Assembly: GCA_010909165.1 (NCBI GenBank)
Contig: MU008198.1
Span: 186,001 to 250,000, forward strand
Origin: Anthoceros angustus
Taxonomy: Eukaryota; Plantae; Anthocerotophyta
Direction of reading: 5' to 3'
DNA: 64,000 nucleotides
Shown here piece after piece: positions 53,287 to 64,000 of the stretch (within the stretch, counting starts at the first letter, position 1; each line of letters begins with the position of its first letter). The position numbers and the translations under genes are program-made. The notes beneath the pieces were generated by a model. It worked only from the letters and a program-made list of their open reading frames with translations. It had not been told where the DNA came from and did no database searches.

Positions 53287-54259
53287 CGTAACGAGTTCCA
53301 CCATACTTTGTCTTCCGGAGATAGATATTTTTGCATCGGTTCTTGAGGGCTTTCCTAATGGCTCAATGATTTATGCGGGTCGTCGCGGTTTGCCATGCTT
53401 GAAGTGGACATAAAGGCGCTCCCCTTATATCTGCTTGTATTCTCAAGGAACTCCAAACCCTCCAACGGTTCCCAATGTGAACAAGTAGAAAGTGCCTTGC
53501 CACGAAGATCTGATGGCTCCGACTCTTTCTTCCCTTGAAATTTTGAATTGATCGATAACTATGATTGTGCAAATTCCTTACATGCATCTCGTGTCCTCTT
53601 TACCCATCCCATTGGGCGGACAAAGCTCGAAATCGGCCACCTCGAAACCATTTTCACTTGGATTGGGTGTATAAGCTGATGAAGCAAACTCATAAGGGTT
53701 TGAGTGACATTGCTTTTTGTGCACGAGGCTTTTAGAAAAGCACGAGAACATTTGGTCAATGCATCATGTGTGTGCCCGACAAGAAGGAAGCCCACCTTCA
53801 CCTTATCGAAGACCCGCTTCTCGACAAGCATACTCAAGTATGCAAACAACAACATATTCTTGTTTTCTCGGTGTTGTCCCTTGCAAGTAAAACGTCTTGT
53901 AACCATCTCATATGTGAGAATAACATCACGGATGATATGAATAGTTAAGTTGGCGTCGTTCGAATATTCGAAGTTCACATACACCGGTCTTCATAATGTT
54001 GTTGTATACCAAACAACCCACAACATGGACCCGGATGAGACCATCCGCAAAATCCTTTGGAGGCGGGGAAAATGTGGAGCTCGTCTTGCTTTGGTCCATC
54101 CGTCTATCGCCATACCAATGTATTTGCTCGGCTGGCCTTTACACTTCAAACGATGTTTTGCAAGTTTTAGTCGCCCGCCGGATCGCCGACCGATGTTGAC
54201 GAAGATGCCGCTCATGGACCTGCGTACAAATGGATCACTTGGTCGAACGTTGTCCTTGG

Positions 54260-54575
54260 TGCGCGCGGCGCATGGACCCGGCGCATGCGCGCGCCGCGCG
54301 CGCATGCGCGCGCGCGGCGCGCGCACGCGGCGCGCGCGCACGCGCCGCGCGCACGTGCGCACGCGCCGCGCGCGCGGCGCGCGCGCTGCGCGCGCGCGCG
54401 CGCGCAAGTGCGCGCACGCGCGCCGCGCGCGCGCGCACCCGCGGCCGCGCGCGCACGCGCCGCGCGCGCAAATGCGCATCTGGGAGCGCGCACAATGCGC
54501 GCACCCCAGTTCCATCCGCTCAGTTGGTACCTCACAGTGGCGCGAGCTTGTGCGCGCCGCGCGCGCGCGCACCGC
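54260..54575. repeat. CG-alternating low-complexity tract 1
   Basis: About 300 bp dominated by gcgcgc, gcac and gcat. Confidence 0.8.
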
Positions 54576-55689
54576 GGGTGGGCGAGCACAAGCACGAGAC
54601 AAGAGGCAGTTGGAGTGCTCATGATTCCATGGAAGTCAAAAAGGAAACTCGGATATGAAATACCTTGTTCTTGTCGGTTCTGGTCATCTCGATGGTCTTC
54701 AACGTTCGCATTGGACGCATTTTGAAAACGACTACACTTTGGTATCTTCACTTTTGGAAAATGTTTCTTCCATAAGGCACAGTGAGAATGAGAGACGTTG
54801 GTCAACCCAGCTCTTGAAACCTCCCGTTTGTAGTCACGGAATATCTCTCCTTTGGTATATGAATCGGCAAGTTAAAATCGAAACATTGGGCATTGTTGAT
54901 TAGCTTGAAAAACTTTTCCATCCAAGCAATGCATTCCGAACATGATCTTGATTCTTCTTGGAACTTCAATTCGATGACCATGGTGTGTTCGTTAGTACTC
55001 TGCTTCAAATGTTCATACCTCCGCCATCCAATGCGTAACACTTTTAAAACTTCAGACACAACATTGCAACTGTCTCCGGAGAAAATTGAGAACATTGCGA
55101 CCGATAGGTTGCTTGTTCTACCTCGAGCAATCCTTGCAAATATATTTCCTGCATTCTCGAGGCAATCCCGAGCGATATCGAGGCTCTCTATATTCTTCTT
55201 TCCCAATTGCAAACAACTGCGCTTCTGACAATCAAGACCCGCTTCGACAAGCATACTCATGCAAACAACAACATATTCTTGTTTTCTCGCCGTGTTGTCC
55301 AGTTGCAAGTAAAACGCGTAACCATCTCATATGTGAGAATAACATCCCGGATGATATGAATAGTTAAGTTGGCGTTCAATATTCGGAAGTTCACATACAC
55401 CGGTCTTCATAATGTTGTTGTATACCAAACAACCCACAACATGGACCCGGATGAGACCATCCGCAAAATCCTTTGAGGGGGAAAATGTGGAGCTCGCCTT
55501 GCTTTGGTCCATCCCGCCTATCGCCATACCAATGTATTTGCTCGGCTGGCCTTTACACTTCAAACGATGTTTTGCAAGTTTTAGTCGCCCGCCGGATCGC
55601 CGACCGATGTTGACGAAGATGCCGCTCATGGACCTCACGCATAAATGGATCACTGGTCGAACGTTGTCCTTGGTCCGCACGGTGATGAC

Positions 55690-55970
55690 CGCATGCGCGC
55701 GCGCATGCGCGCGCGCGCGCGCTGCGCGCGCTGCGCGCGCCGCGCGCGCGCGCGCGCAAGACGTGCGCACTGCGGCGCATGCGCGCGCCGCGCGCGCATG
55801 CGCGCGCACGCGCCGCGCGCGCGCGCGCAGCACCACTGGGTCGCGCGCAAATGCGAAGACGAGCGCGCACAAATGCGCGCACCCCATCCGCCCGCTGGTA
55901 CCCGCGTGTGAATGCGCGAGCTTGTGCGCGCGCGCGCTGCGCGCGCCGCGCGCGCACGCAGTGGGCGCAC
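55690..55970. repeat. CG-alternating low-complexity tract 2 (same position in the duplicated unit as tract 1)
   Basis: Flanked by aacgttgtccttggt and cacaagcacgagacaagaggc, like tract 1. Confidence 0.8.
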
Positions 55971-58454
55971 AAGCACGAGACAAGAGGCTTGGAGTGCTCA
56001 TGATTCCATGGAAGTCAAACTCGGATATGAAATACCTTGTTCTTGTCGGTTCTGGTCATCTCGATGGTCGTCTTCAACGTTCGCATTGGACGATTTTGAA
56101 AACGACTACACTTTGGTATCTTCACTTTTGGAAAATGTTTCTTCCATAACGTAAGTGAGAATGAGAGACGTTGGTCAACCAGCTCTTGAAACCTCCCGCT
56201 TTGTAGTCCCGGAATATCTCTCCTTTGGTATATGAATCGCAAGTTAAAATCAAACATTGGGCATGCTCACCGTTAGCTTGAAAAACTTTTCCATCCAAGC
56301 AATGCATTCCGAACATGATCGCCATGCCCTTGGAACTTCAATTCGATGACCATGGTGTGTTCGTTAGTACTCTGTTTCAAATGTTCATACCTCCGCCATC
56401 CAATGCGTAACACTTTTAAAACTGACACAACATTGCAACTGTCCCGTGAGAAAATTGAGAACATTGCGACGATAGGTTGCTTGTTCTACCTCGAGCAATC
56501 CTTGCAAATATATTTCCTTTCGAGGCAATCCCAAGCGATATCCGAGGCTCTCTATATTCTTCTTCTTTCCCAATTGCAGAAACAACTGCCCAAATGCGAA
56601 GACCATGCGTTGTGTATTTCTTCAACGCTTCGCATTGGACGATTTTGAAAACGACTACACTTTGGTATCTTCACTTTTGGAAAATGTTTCTTCCATAAGG
56701 CATGTATGAGAATGAGAGACGTTGGTCAACCCAGCTCTTGAAACCTCCCGCTTGTAGTCCCGGAATATCTCTCCTTTGGTATATGAATCGCAAGTTAAAA
56801 TCAAACATTGGGCATGCTCAGTTAGCTTGAAAAACTTTTCCATCCAAGCAATGCATTCCGAACATGATCTTGGGCCATGCCCTTGGAACGATGACCATGG
56901 TGTGTTCGTTAGTACTCTGCTTCAAATGTTCATACCTCCGCCATCCAATGCGTAACACTTTTACTTCAACATTGCAACTGTCTCCGGAGAAAATTGAGAA
57001 CATTGCGACCGATAGGTTGCTTGTTCTACCTCGAGCAATCCTTGCAAATATATTTCCTGCATTCTCGAGGCAATCCCGAGCGATATCGAGGCTCTCTATA
57101 TTCTTCTTTCCCAATTGCAAAACAACTGCGCTTCTGACAATCAAGACCATGCGTTGTGTATTTCTTCAACGCTTCGCATTGGACGATTTTGAAAACGACT
57201 ACACTTTGGTATCTTCACTTTTGGAAAATGTTTCTTCCATAAGGCATGTGAGAATGAGAGACGTTGGTCAACCCACTCTTGAAACCTCCCGCTTTGTAGT
57301 CCCGGAATATCTCCTTTGGTATATGAATCGCAAGTTAAAATCAAACATTGGGCATGCTCACCGTTAGCTTGAAAAACTTTTCCATCCAAGCAATGCATTC
57401 CGAACATGATCTTCGCCATGCCCTTGGAACTTCGATGACCATGGTGTGTTCGTTAGTACTCTGCTTCAAATGTTCATACCTCCGCCATCCAATAACACTT
57501 TTCCGAAACTGACACAACATTGCAACTGTCCCTGGAGAAAATTGAGAACATTGCGACCAAGATAGGTTGCTTGTTCTACCTCGAGCAATCCTTGCAAATA
57601 TATTTCCTGCATTCTCGAGGCAATCCGAAGCGATATCCGAGGCTCTCTATATTCTTCTTTCCCAATTGCAAAACAACTGCGCTGAATGCGAAGACCATGC
57701 GTTGTATTTCTTCAACGCATGCCTTCATGGTCCTCTTCAATCTCCGGCTTGGATAATGTCTCGCTTCACCGGACAATGTGGACTCGAGCTCGCGTGAAAG
57801 GCTCGGCTGGATGCCCTTGGTGGTGTTCTGCCCGCATCCTCCTTCCCGCAAAATTCAGTCCCATCATTCCCGACCTCCTCCATGGAGCGATGAAGAAACA
57901 ATTTCCGTCCATCTTGACCTCGTTCCTAATGTCCGGATTTGGCGTGGTATCCGAATGCTTGGCCTACCTCCTCCCTTCTTCAACCGGAGTTGTATCGATG
58001 ATGAGACCTTGATGCCTTCCATGCTCGGAGTGGTGTCCATGATTGTCACCTTCTCAATCTTCCGACGGCCTTGATCACGGCGATGCACTGAAAACATCAA
58101 TCCGTGAAACATTTTCGAGACCAGCCACGCCGATGGCCTTCCATTCGCCCGACTTGACCGCACGAGTAGGATGGAAGCGCTCAGATTTCACCGCTCCTTC
58201 AAACTTGGAGCACCGGTCCGCAACTATGAGACGAAGAAGTGCGTACTATGGAGTTTGTCCATCCGTGTTTGAACGTTAAAATATGCATACATGATTATGG
58301 TGGCGTGTTTAACCCGTTATAGTAGCCGCCAATGTTAATTACCAAACGTTCGGCTTGAAATAAGGGCTATAACGGAAACCCTAACCTAACCTTCAACCCG
58401 CAGTTAGTTAACCCACGGTTAGGCAAGTTTGAGATTCCCTTCCGCCTAAGTGAC

Positions 58455-58920
58455 ATGGGCAAGAGTGCGCGCGTTGCTGGTGTGCGACTTGCATCTGAGG
58501 TGAGCGCGAGCGTTGCTGGTGTCCGACTTGCTTGAGCGATTGCAGGCGTTTTCAGACACAAGGCATCCGCGGTTTTATCGGGAATCGTGGATGCACATGT
58601 GAGAAGAGCGGCGCGTTCTGGTGGGCGACTTCCAGGTGCTCTTGGAGGCGTGCATCTCCCATGTGCATCTGCGACTTGAGGGTCTCTCGGTGACAAGGAA
58701 TCCGCGTGTTGGGCATGAGTTGTGTGCTTTGAATCGGTGGCTGGTTGAGCGCAAGCGACATAGGGAAGACCGCAAGCGTTGCTGGTGTCCGTCTTGCTTG
58801 AGCGATTGCAGGCGTTTTCAGACACAAGGCATCCGCGGTTTTGTACTGAGAATCGTGGCTGGATGCACACATGTGAGACAGGCAAGAGCGCGCGCGTTGC
58901 TGGTGGGCGACCTGCATCCT
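58455..58920. repeat. Imperfect direct repeats (~265-bp period) between the divergent genes
   Basis: agcgttgctggtgtccg.cttgcttgagcgattgcaggcgttttcagacacaaggcatccgcggtttt..gaatcgtgg..atgcaca at ~58509 and ~58775. gcgcgttgctggtg.gcgac recurs several times. Confidence 0.8.
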
Positions 58921-60307
58921 TGATTGGAGGCGGTATCCGGCACAAGGGCTCCGCGTTTGACAGGCCTGTTGCTTTGAATCGCGGTTGAGGCGCCCAAGTG
59001 ACATAGGCGAGACCTCTCGTTCGGTTGGCAACCTCATGTGCGCTTGAGGCGTGTCGGACGAGCAACCAATCTTGAGCAACCGTGTGAAGTCTTGCGACCG
59101 GTGTGTGCGCCAAAATCGTGTGGGTGACAAAAGGCCTCGGTGTGTCGCGAGGCGGTGGTCGCGGTTGGTGCAGCAGCCTCATTGCTGGCTTATGTTATGC
59201 ACCCTTGGTGCTTGGTGTGAAAGGCACCATGTGTTTGGGTCATGGCAGCCTTGGTGCTTGGTGTGGAAGGCACCCGGTGTTTGCTTGTGGCATGCGCTTG
59301 CTTGGTTGTCTTGAGTTCGCGTTTGTGGCGGGAAAGGGCTGAAGAGGCTTGTGAAGAAGAGCCTTCAGAAAGGGAGCCGAAATAGCGGTTTCGGATCTAT
59401 AATTTGGCTTGTTTCATGAAATGAAGACAACTTCAACATTCCATTCTTTCCGCATGGTTTGGTTGCCTCCGCTTTCCTCTAATGCTTGACGTGTGCATCT
59501 GCGGTTGTGACATGTCCATCCCAGACAAGTGCGTGCAAAACACGCCAACTTCGTAGAACCTCAACCTCAGCCGAAACCTCCAAAACGCAAAAGGACAGAA
59601 GTCAATGTCGAAGCACGAGCTTCCGGGAAACGGAAGAGTGCAGCAGGAGGAGGTTCGGGTGGTGGTCATGAACCACCAACATCCAGACCATCAGCTGCTG
59701 TAAAGTCGACTCTCCTCCCACAAGGAGCATCTGATAGCAAGAGTGGGCCTTCACAAGGGACATCACAGCGGAGGCCCAAGCCAAGCAAGGGAGCATCAGG
59801 GCTGCTGGATGACGGCATCAAAATTTTTCGATGATATCGGATTGTGCGGGGACCACATTGGAGAATCCTTTCTCTGGTGAGAAAAATGTGTTGACTGAGA
59901 TTTGCAGATCTATCGAGCAGGCTCTGGACAAGGAATGGTGCATACATGAAGAAGGGCCCGACTCTACAGAGAATTTTGATCCCATCCCAGGCTGGGTGAG
60001 CGGGTATATGGATGCGTTGAGGACACGAAGATTGTGGTTGGGTACATTCTATGGGCTTGGAAGTATGAAGTCCGCCGCAATGCGTAATCAAACTCTTGAT
60101 ATGCACAATGAGGAGAAGTTCTTTTGAGGAATTCTAATCACCGCTGGTATTGAGTCACGGACAACTGATTCAAGGCGATGCAATACCCAAGACTGCGAAG
60201 TGGACTTGACGCCGCCATGACAAGTGACAAGGTATGTAGACGAAGAGAATCGACTCACCCACTTTTTTCGTGATTGCACCATCACCGCAGTCTTGGGAGA
60301 TGCATCG

Positions 60308-60735
60308 GGCGCGCTGCGCGCGCAGCGCGCATGCGGCGCGCACTTGTGCGCGCACGCGCGCGCGCATGCGCGCGCGCGCCGCGCACGTGCGCGCGCGTCT
60401 GTGCGCGCACTGCGCGCGCGCACATGCGCGCACAGCGCGCAGAGTGCAGCGCGCGCGCATGCGCGCGCATGCGCGCGCGGCGCGCGCGCCGCGCGCGCAT
60501 GCGCGCGCATGCGGCGCGCGCGCGCACAGCAAGTCCGCGCGCGCACGCGCGCGCCGTGCGCGCGCACTTGTGCGCGCACGCGCGCGCGCGGCGCGCAGCG
60601 CGCGCACTTGTGCGCGCGCTGCACTGCGCATGCGCGATGCAGCGCGCACTTGTGCGCGCACTTCGGTGCGCGCGTGCGCGCACTGTGCGCGCACGCGCGC
60701 GCGTGCGCGCGCGCGGCGCGCGCGTGCCGCGCGCC
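60308..60735. repeat. CG-alternating low-complexity tract 3
   Basis: About 430 bp of gcgcgc, gcac and gtgc. Confidence 0.8.
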
Positions 60736-61401
60736 TTGTGTACCCGCCGACGGTGGATGTTTCGGTTGATGCATCGGTTAATGGAGGCGTGGTTGTCTTT
60801 GTGATGACATTCGGGACTATCGGCGCTTTGTCCAAAAGAAATAGTTCGGGTTGATGATGATGAAGATGGCCGAACAAGCTTGTGAAAGCGATCCTCTCCG
60901 AGATAGCGATGGAGAGGCTAGGAAAAGCATTCGCCACGACCAAAAGCTCATCGGCCTCAATATGGGAAATTCGAACGATTCAATGGAACAGAAACAGAGG
61001 TACTTGCGGCCGTATAGATATTCGGATGACGATAGTGCGAATATGAAGAGCATGAAACCGCAAATGAAGATGTTGAGGACGACGAGATGCATCGGACAAG
61101 CGAGTTGAAGCACACGACAACAACAGAGAGGATATACATAGCGAGGGTGGCTCAAAACGTTCAAATGTCCCAAGAATCGCCATGCATTGGACGATGCCCA
61201 GCTTCTACAAAGTTTGGACAAGAGGGTCAAAGAATCATGAAGGAGCGAGCCGTGTACAACCAACCTCGAAGGAGGTAGACGGATGTTCCAGCCACCGCAA
61301 GGACGAAAGGTAAACCAAAAGCGGGGAAAAGAGGAAGAGTAATGACATTGACGAGACACCGGACGGGCGTCATCACCAAAGTCAGGCCGACGGACAACGA
61401 C

Positions 61402-64000
61402 AGAGTGGAGCGAGCCCAACAAAGATAAGGACCCGTTACATCAAATTCGAGTCAGCACAAAAAGAGGTGCATTCGCGAGATATGGTTGCCATCACCAAGT
61501 TGAGAAGCGCAGACTACATTACTCGTGACGCCGATCCAAGAGTGGATGAATCATGGGGAAAACATCTTCTCGGAAATTAAAAGGGACCTGCAAGAGGGAG
61601 TACTTCCTCTGCTATGTATGATCGATCCAAGGAGTGCAAGCGTGAGGTCTTTGACAAAGACAAGTTGAAAAGGCAGCAGACACCATGGGAGTATTGGGTG
61701 GGAACCACGCTTCTATGCTCCAACGCACTGTCTGTGAAGACCCGGAGAACTCACACTTCGATATGGAAGCTCATATATATGCAGCTTAACCTGTGCAGAT
61801 GCGTGTCCGCCACGATCACAATGTCAAGGCGATTTCCGGAAGAGGATGTCTTTCATTGAGCAAGTCCGTATATTCACGATGAAATGAAAATCGCGGTGAG
61901 GAGGGTATTAGCATTACAATGGATTGGAAGTACAATCTATATCGGATGCTAGGCGCCATCGGCGACGCTCGATCGGGAAGAAATGCGGCGACCGACGAGC
62001 TGCCGTTACTGCATTGCTAGTGTCCCGCCTCATGTGTGGACACGGGTGGACGAGGTTTTCGATCTTTGGGAGAGGGGTGAGCTTCCGAGCAAGGTAACCG
62101 GAAGAAAGGCAGCAAGAGGGGAAATCAAAACGTGGGGCCGGATACGAGCCATTGCGGGATCCAAATTTGATGATAAAGCCAATGCATGCGACCAATTGGA
62201 GAGTTTTCAGGCATGCCTGTGAAGCGGTGAAAGGATTATGTCGCTGGAGAAAGTGATTCAAGGCGAGTTGACCGTGAGCGGCATGAAAACGTGGATAACG
62301 AAGGCCAAGAAGTTGAATGTCATCCGCATGACATTTTGCTCGGGTGAGGTGCAATTCATTTGCGAAGTTGAGAAGCGCAGACTACATTACTCGTGACGCC
62401 GATCCGAAGAGTGGATGAATCGTGGGGAAAACATCTTCTCCGGGAAATTAAAAAGGGACCCGTGCAAGAGGGAGTACTTCCTCTGCTATGTATGATCGAT
62501 CCAAGGGAGTGCGCAAGCGTAGAGGTCTTTGACAAAGACAAGTTGAAAAGGCAGCAGTACACCATGGGAGTATTGGGTGGGAACCACAGCTTCTATGCGT
62601 TCCAACGCCTGTACGCAGAAGACCCGGAGAACTCACACTTCCAAAGATATGGAAGCTCATATATATGCAGCTTAACCTGTGCAGATGCGTGTCCGCCACG
62701 ATCACAATGTCAAGGCGATTTCTAAGAGGATGTCTTTCATTGAGCAAGTCCGATATTCACGATGAAATGAAAATGAGGAGGGTATTAGCATTACAATGGA
62801 TTGGAAGTACAATCTATATCGGATGCTAGGCGCCATCGGCGACGCTCGATCGGGAAGAAATGCGACTTGTCGACGAAAACCGCTGCATGCATTGCTAGTG
62901 TCCCGCCTCATGTGTGGACACGGGTGGACGAGGTTTTCGATCTTTGGGAGAGGGGTGAGCTTCGAGCAAGGTAACCAAGAAAGGCAGCAAGAGGGGAAAT
63001 CAAAACGTGGGGCGGATACAGAGCCGATTGCGGGATCCAAATTTGATGATAAAGCCAATGCATGCGACCAATTGGAGAGTTTTCAGGCATGCCTGTGAAG
63101 CGTGAAAGGATTATGTCTGACCGGAGAAAGTGATTCAAGGCGAGTTGACCGTGAGCGGCATGAAAACGTGGATAACGGCCAAGAAGTTGAATGTCATCCG
63201 CATGATTTTGCTCGACCGAGGTGCAATTCATTTGCGTGTTGAGCGAGAATATCCGAGGCACTCAACACGAAGATATAGCGAAATTTCAACCGGTGTTTGA
63301 TCACATTGTAAGTACACGTGTCTTTCCGACACGAGTTAGCAAGTGCGCAAAACTAGTTTGCGCACTCGCCTTCATGTTGACCTATGAACGCTCCATCTGT
63401 CACGGAACCAAGCGGTGAAGAGTACAAAGAGAAGATGATACCCGATAGCTTCAAAGAGCACATCAATGCGGCAAGAAATTGGAAGAGGGTGGAAGATTTG
63501 CGAGAGAGTGGAGCGAGCCCAACAAAGATAAGGACCCGTTACATCAAATTCGAGAGTCAAGACAAAAAGAGGTGCATTCCGACACGAATATGGTTGCCAT
63601 CACCAAGCCGAGAAGCGCAGACTACATTACTCGTGACGCCGATCCAAGAGTGGATGAATCATGGGGAAAACATCTTCTCCGGAAATTAAAAGGGACCTGC
63701 AAGAGGGAGTACTTCCTCCGCTATGTATGATCGATCCAAGGAGTGCGCAAGCGAGAGGTCTTTGACAAAGACAAGTTGAAAAGGCAGACACCATGGGAGT
63801 ATTGGGTGGGAACCATTTCTATGCTCCAACGCACGCAGAAGACCCGGAGAACTCACACTTCCGATATGGAAGCTCATATATATGCAGCTTAACCTGTGCA
63901 GATGCGTGTCCGCCACGATCACAATGTCAAGGCAGATTTCTAAGAGGATGTCTTTCATTGAGCAAGTCCGTATATTCACGATGAAATGAAAATCGAAATG
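61402..64000 (+). pseudogene. Eukaryotic ParB/Srx-like domain gene, frameshifted and tandemly duplicated, running off the window end
   Basis: RRVDESWGKHLLREIKKGP...LPLLCMID...GVLGGNHSFYAFQRLYAEDPENSHF, continuing across frameshifts as EAHIYA.LTCADA...HNV...KRMSFIEQVR, then LEKVIQGELTVSGMK. The GGNH..A and Y.GL...A...HN pattern is ParB-like. Confidence 0.6.
61402..64000. repeat. Tandem duplications: ~865-bp unit (61500-62360, 62365-63230) nested in a ~2.1-kb unit that restarts at ~63506
   Basis: gagaagcgcagactacattactcgtgacgccgatcc at ~61502, 62370 and 63610. agagtggagcgagcccaacaaagataaggacccgttac at 61402 and ~63505. Confidence 0.85.

Larger units (their letters stand above)
53809..57718. 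repeat. Nested tandem duplications of transposase sequence: a ~1.42-kb unit twice, plus a ~545-bp unit at ~54700, 56075, 56626 and 57170
   Basis: aagacccgcttc..gacaagcatactca at 53809 and 55234. tcgcattggacg.ttttgaaaacgactacactttggtatc...ttcccaattgca occurs four times. Confidence 0.85.
52340..58160 (-). mobile_element. Sola-like DDE/D transposase gene, frameshifted and internally duplicated
   Basis: IAWMEKFFKL..YTKGEIF.DY..LWKKHFPKVKIPKCSRF; YIGMAI(D)GMDQSK..PHF; NDANLTIHII; LQLDNT(A)RENKNMLLFAYLSMLVEKRVFDKVKVGFLLVGHTHD. The Sola assignment is inferred from the D...DN..ENKN...GHTH signature. No termini were identified. Confidence 0.7.

Noticed and set aside
53950-60943. Many Arg/Ala-rich ORFs of 130-257 aa on both strands
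   Set aside because: They arise because CG-alternating tracts lack stop codons, and they are not credible proteins.
61402-64000. Bacterial or plasmid contamination suggested by ParB-like and recombinase genes
   Set aside because: The neighbouring YR has spliceosomal introns, the transposase is a eukaryotic type, and no operon structure is seen.

Overview
This is eukaryotic land-plant nuclear DNA. Short ~70-150 nt GT-AG introns, GC-rich exons, PLS-PPR remnants and the TE types suggest a non-seed plant such as a hornwort or other bryophyte, lycophyte or fern (inference). Left part, 1-23 kb: a two-exon type I (M-alpha-like) MADS-box gene, a PLS-class PPR pseudogene, an intact HCF152-like chloroplast PPR gene, and a cluster of three 5-exon GT92/GALS-like glycosyltransferase paralogs. 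Middle, 23-38.3 kb: a TE nest. It holds a 5'-truncated LINE with a 32-bp 3' hairpin and TTC tail, and a CRE-clade (RT plus restriction-like endonuclease) non-LTR element with an 11-bp target-site duplication and telomeric TTTAGGG repeats at its 5' end. A short-LTR Ty1/Copia element is inserted in the RT domain of the CRE element. At 39.8-45 kb are a STIG1-like cysteine-rich secreted protein gene and an S-domain (G-type lectin) receptor kinase with degenerate catalytic motifs (probable pseudokinase). Right part, 47.5-64 kb: a frameshifted, locally duplicated block that clusters an intron-containing Crypton/DUF3504-type tyrosine recombinase, a Sola-like DDE transposase and a divergently oriented eukaryotic ParB-like-domain gene. 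This block is the best candidate for an undescribed composite mobile element. Sequence in the TEs, especially beyond ~51 kb, looks error-prone (indels, tandem duplications, CG-alternating tracts), so gene models there are approximate.
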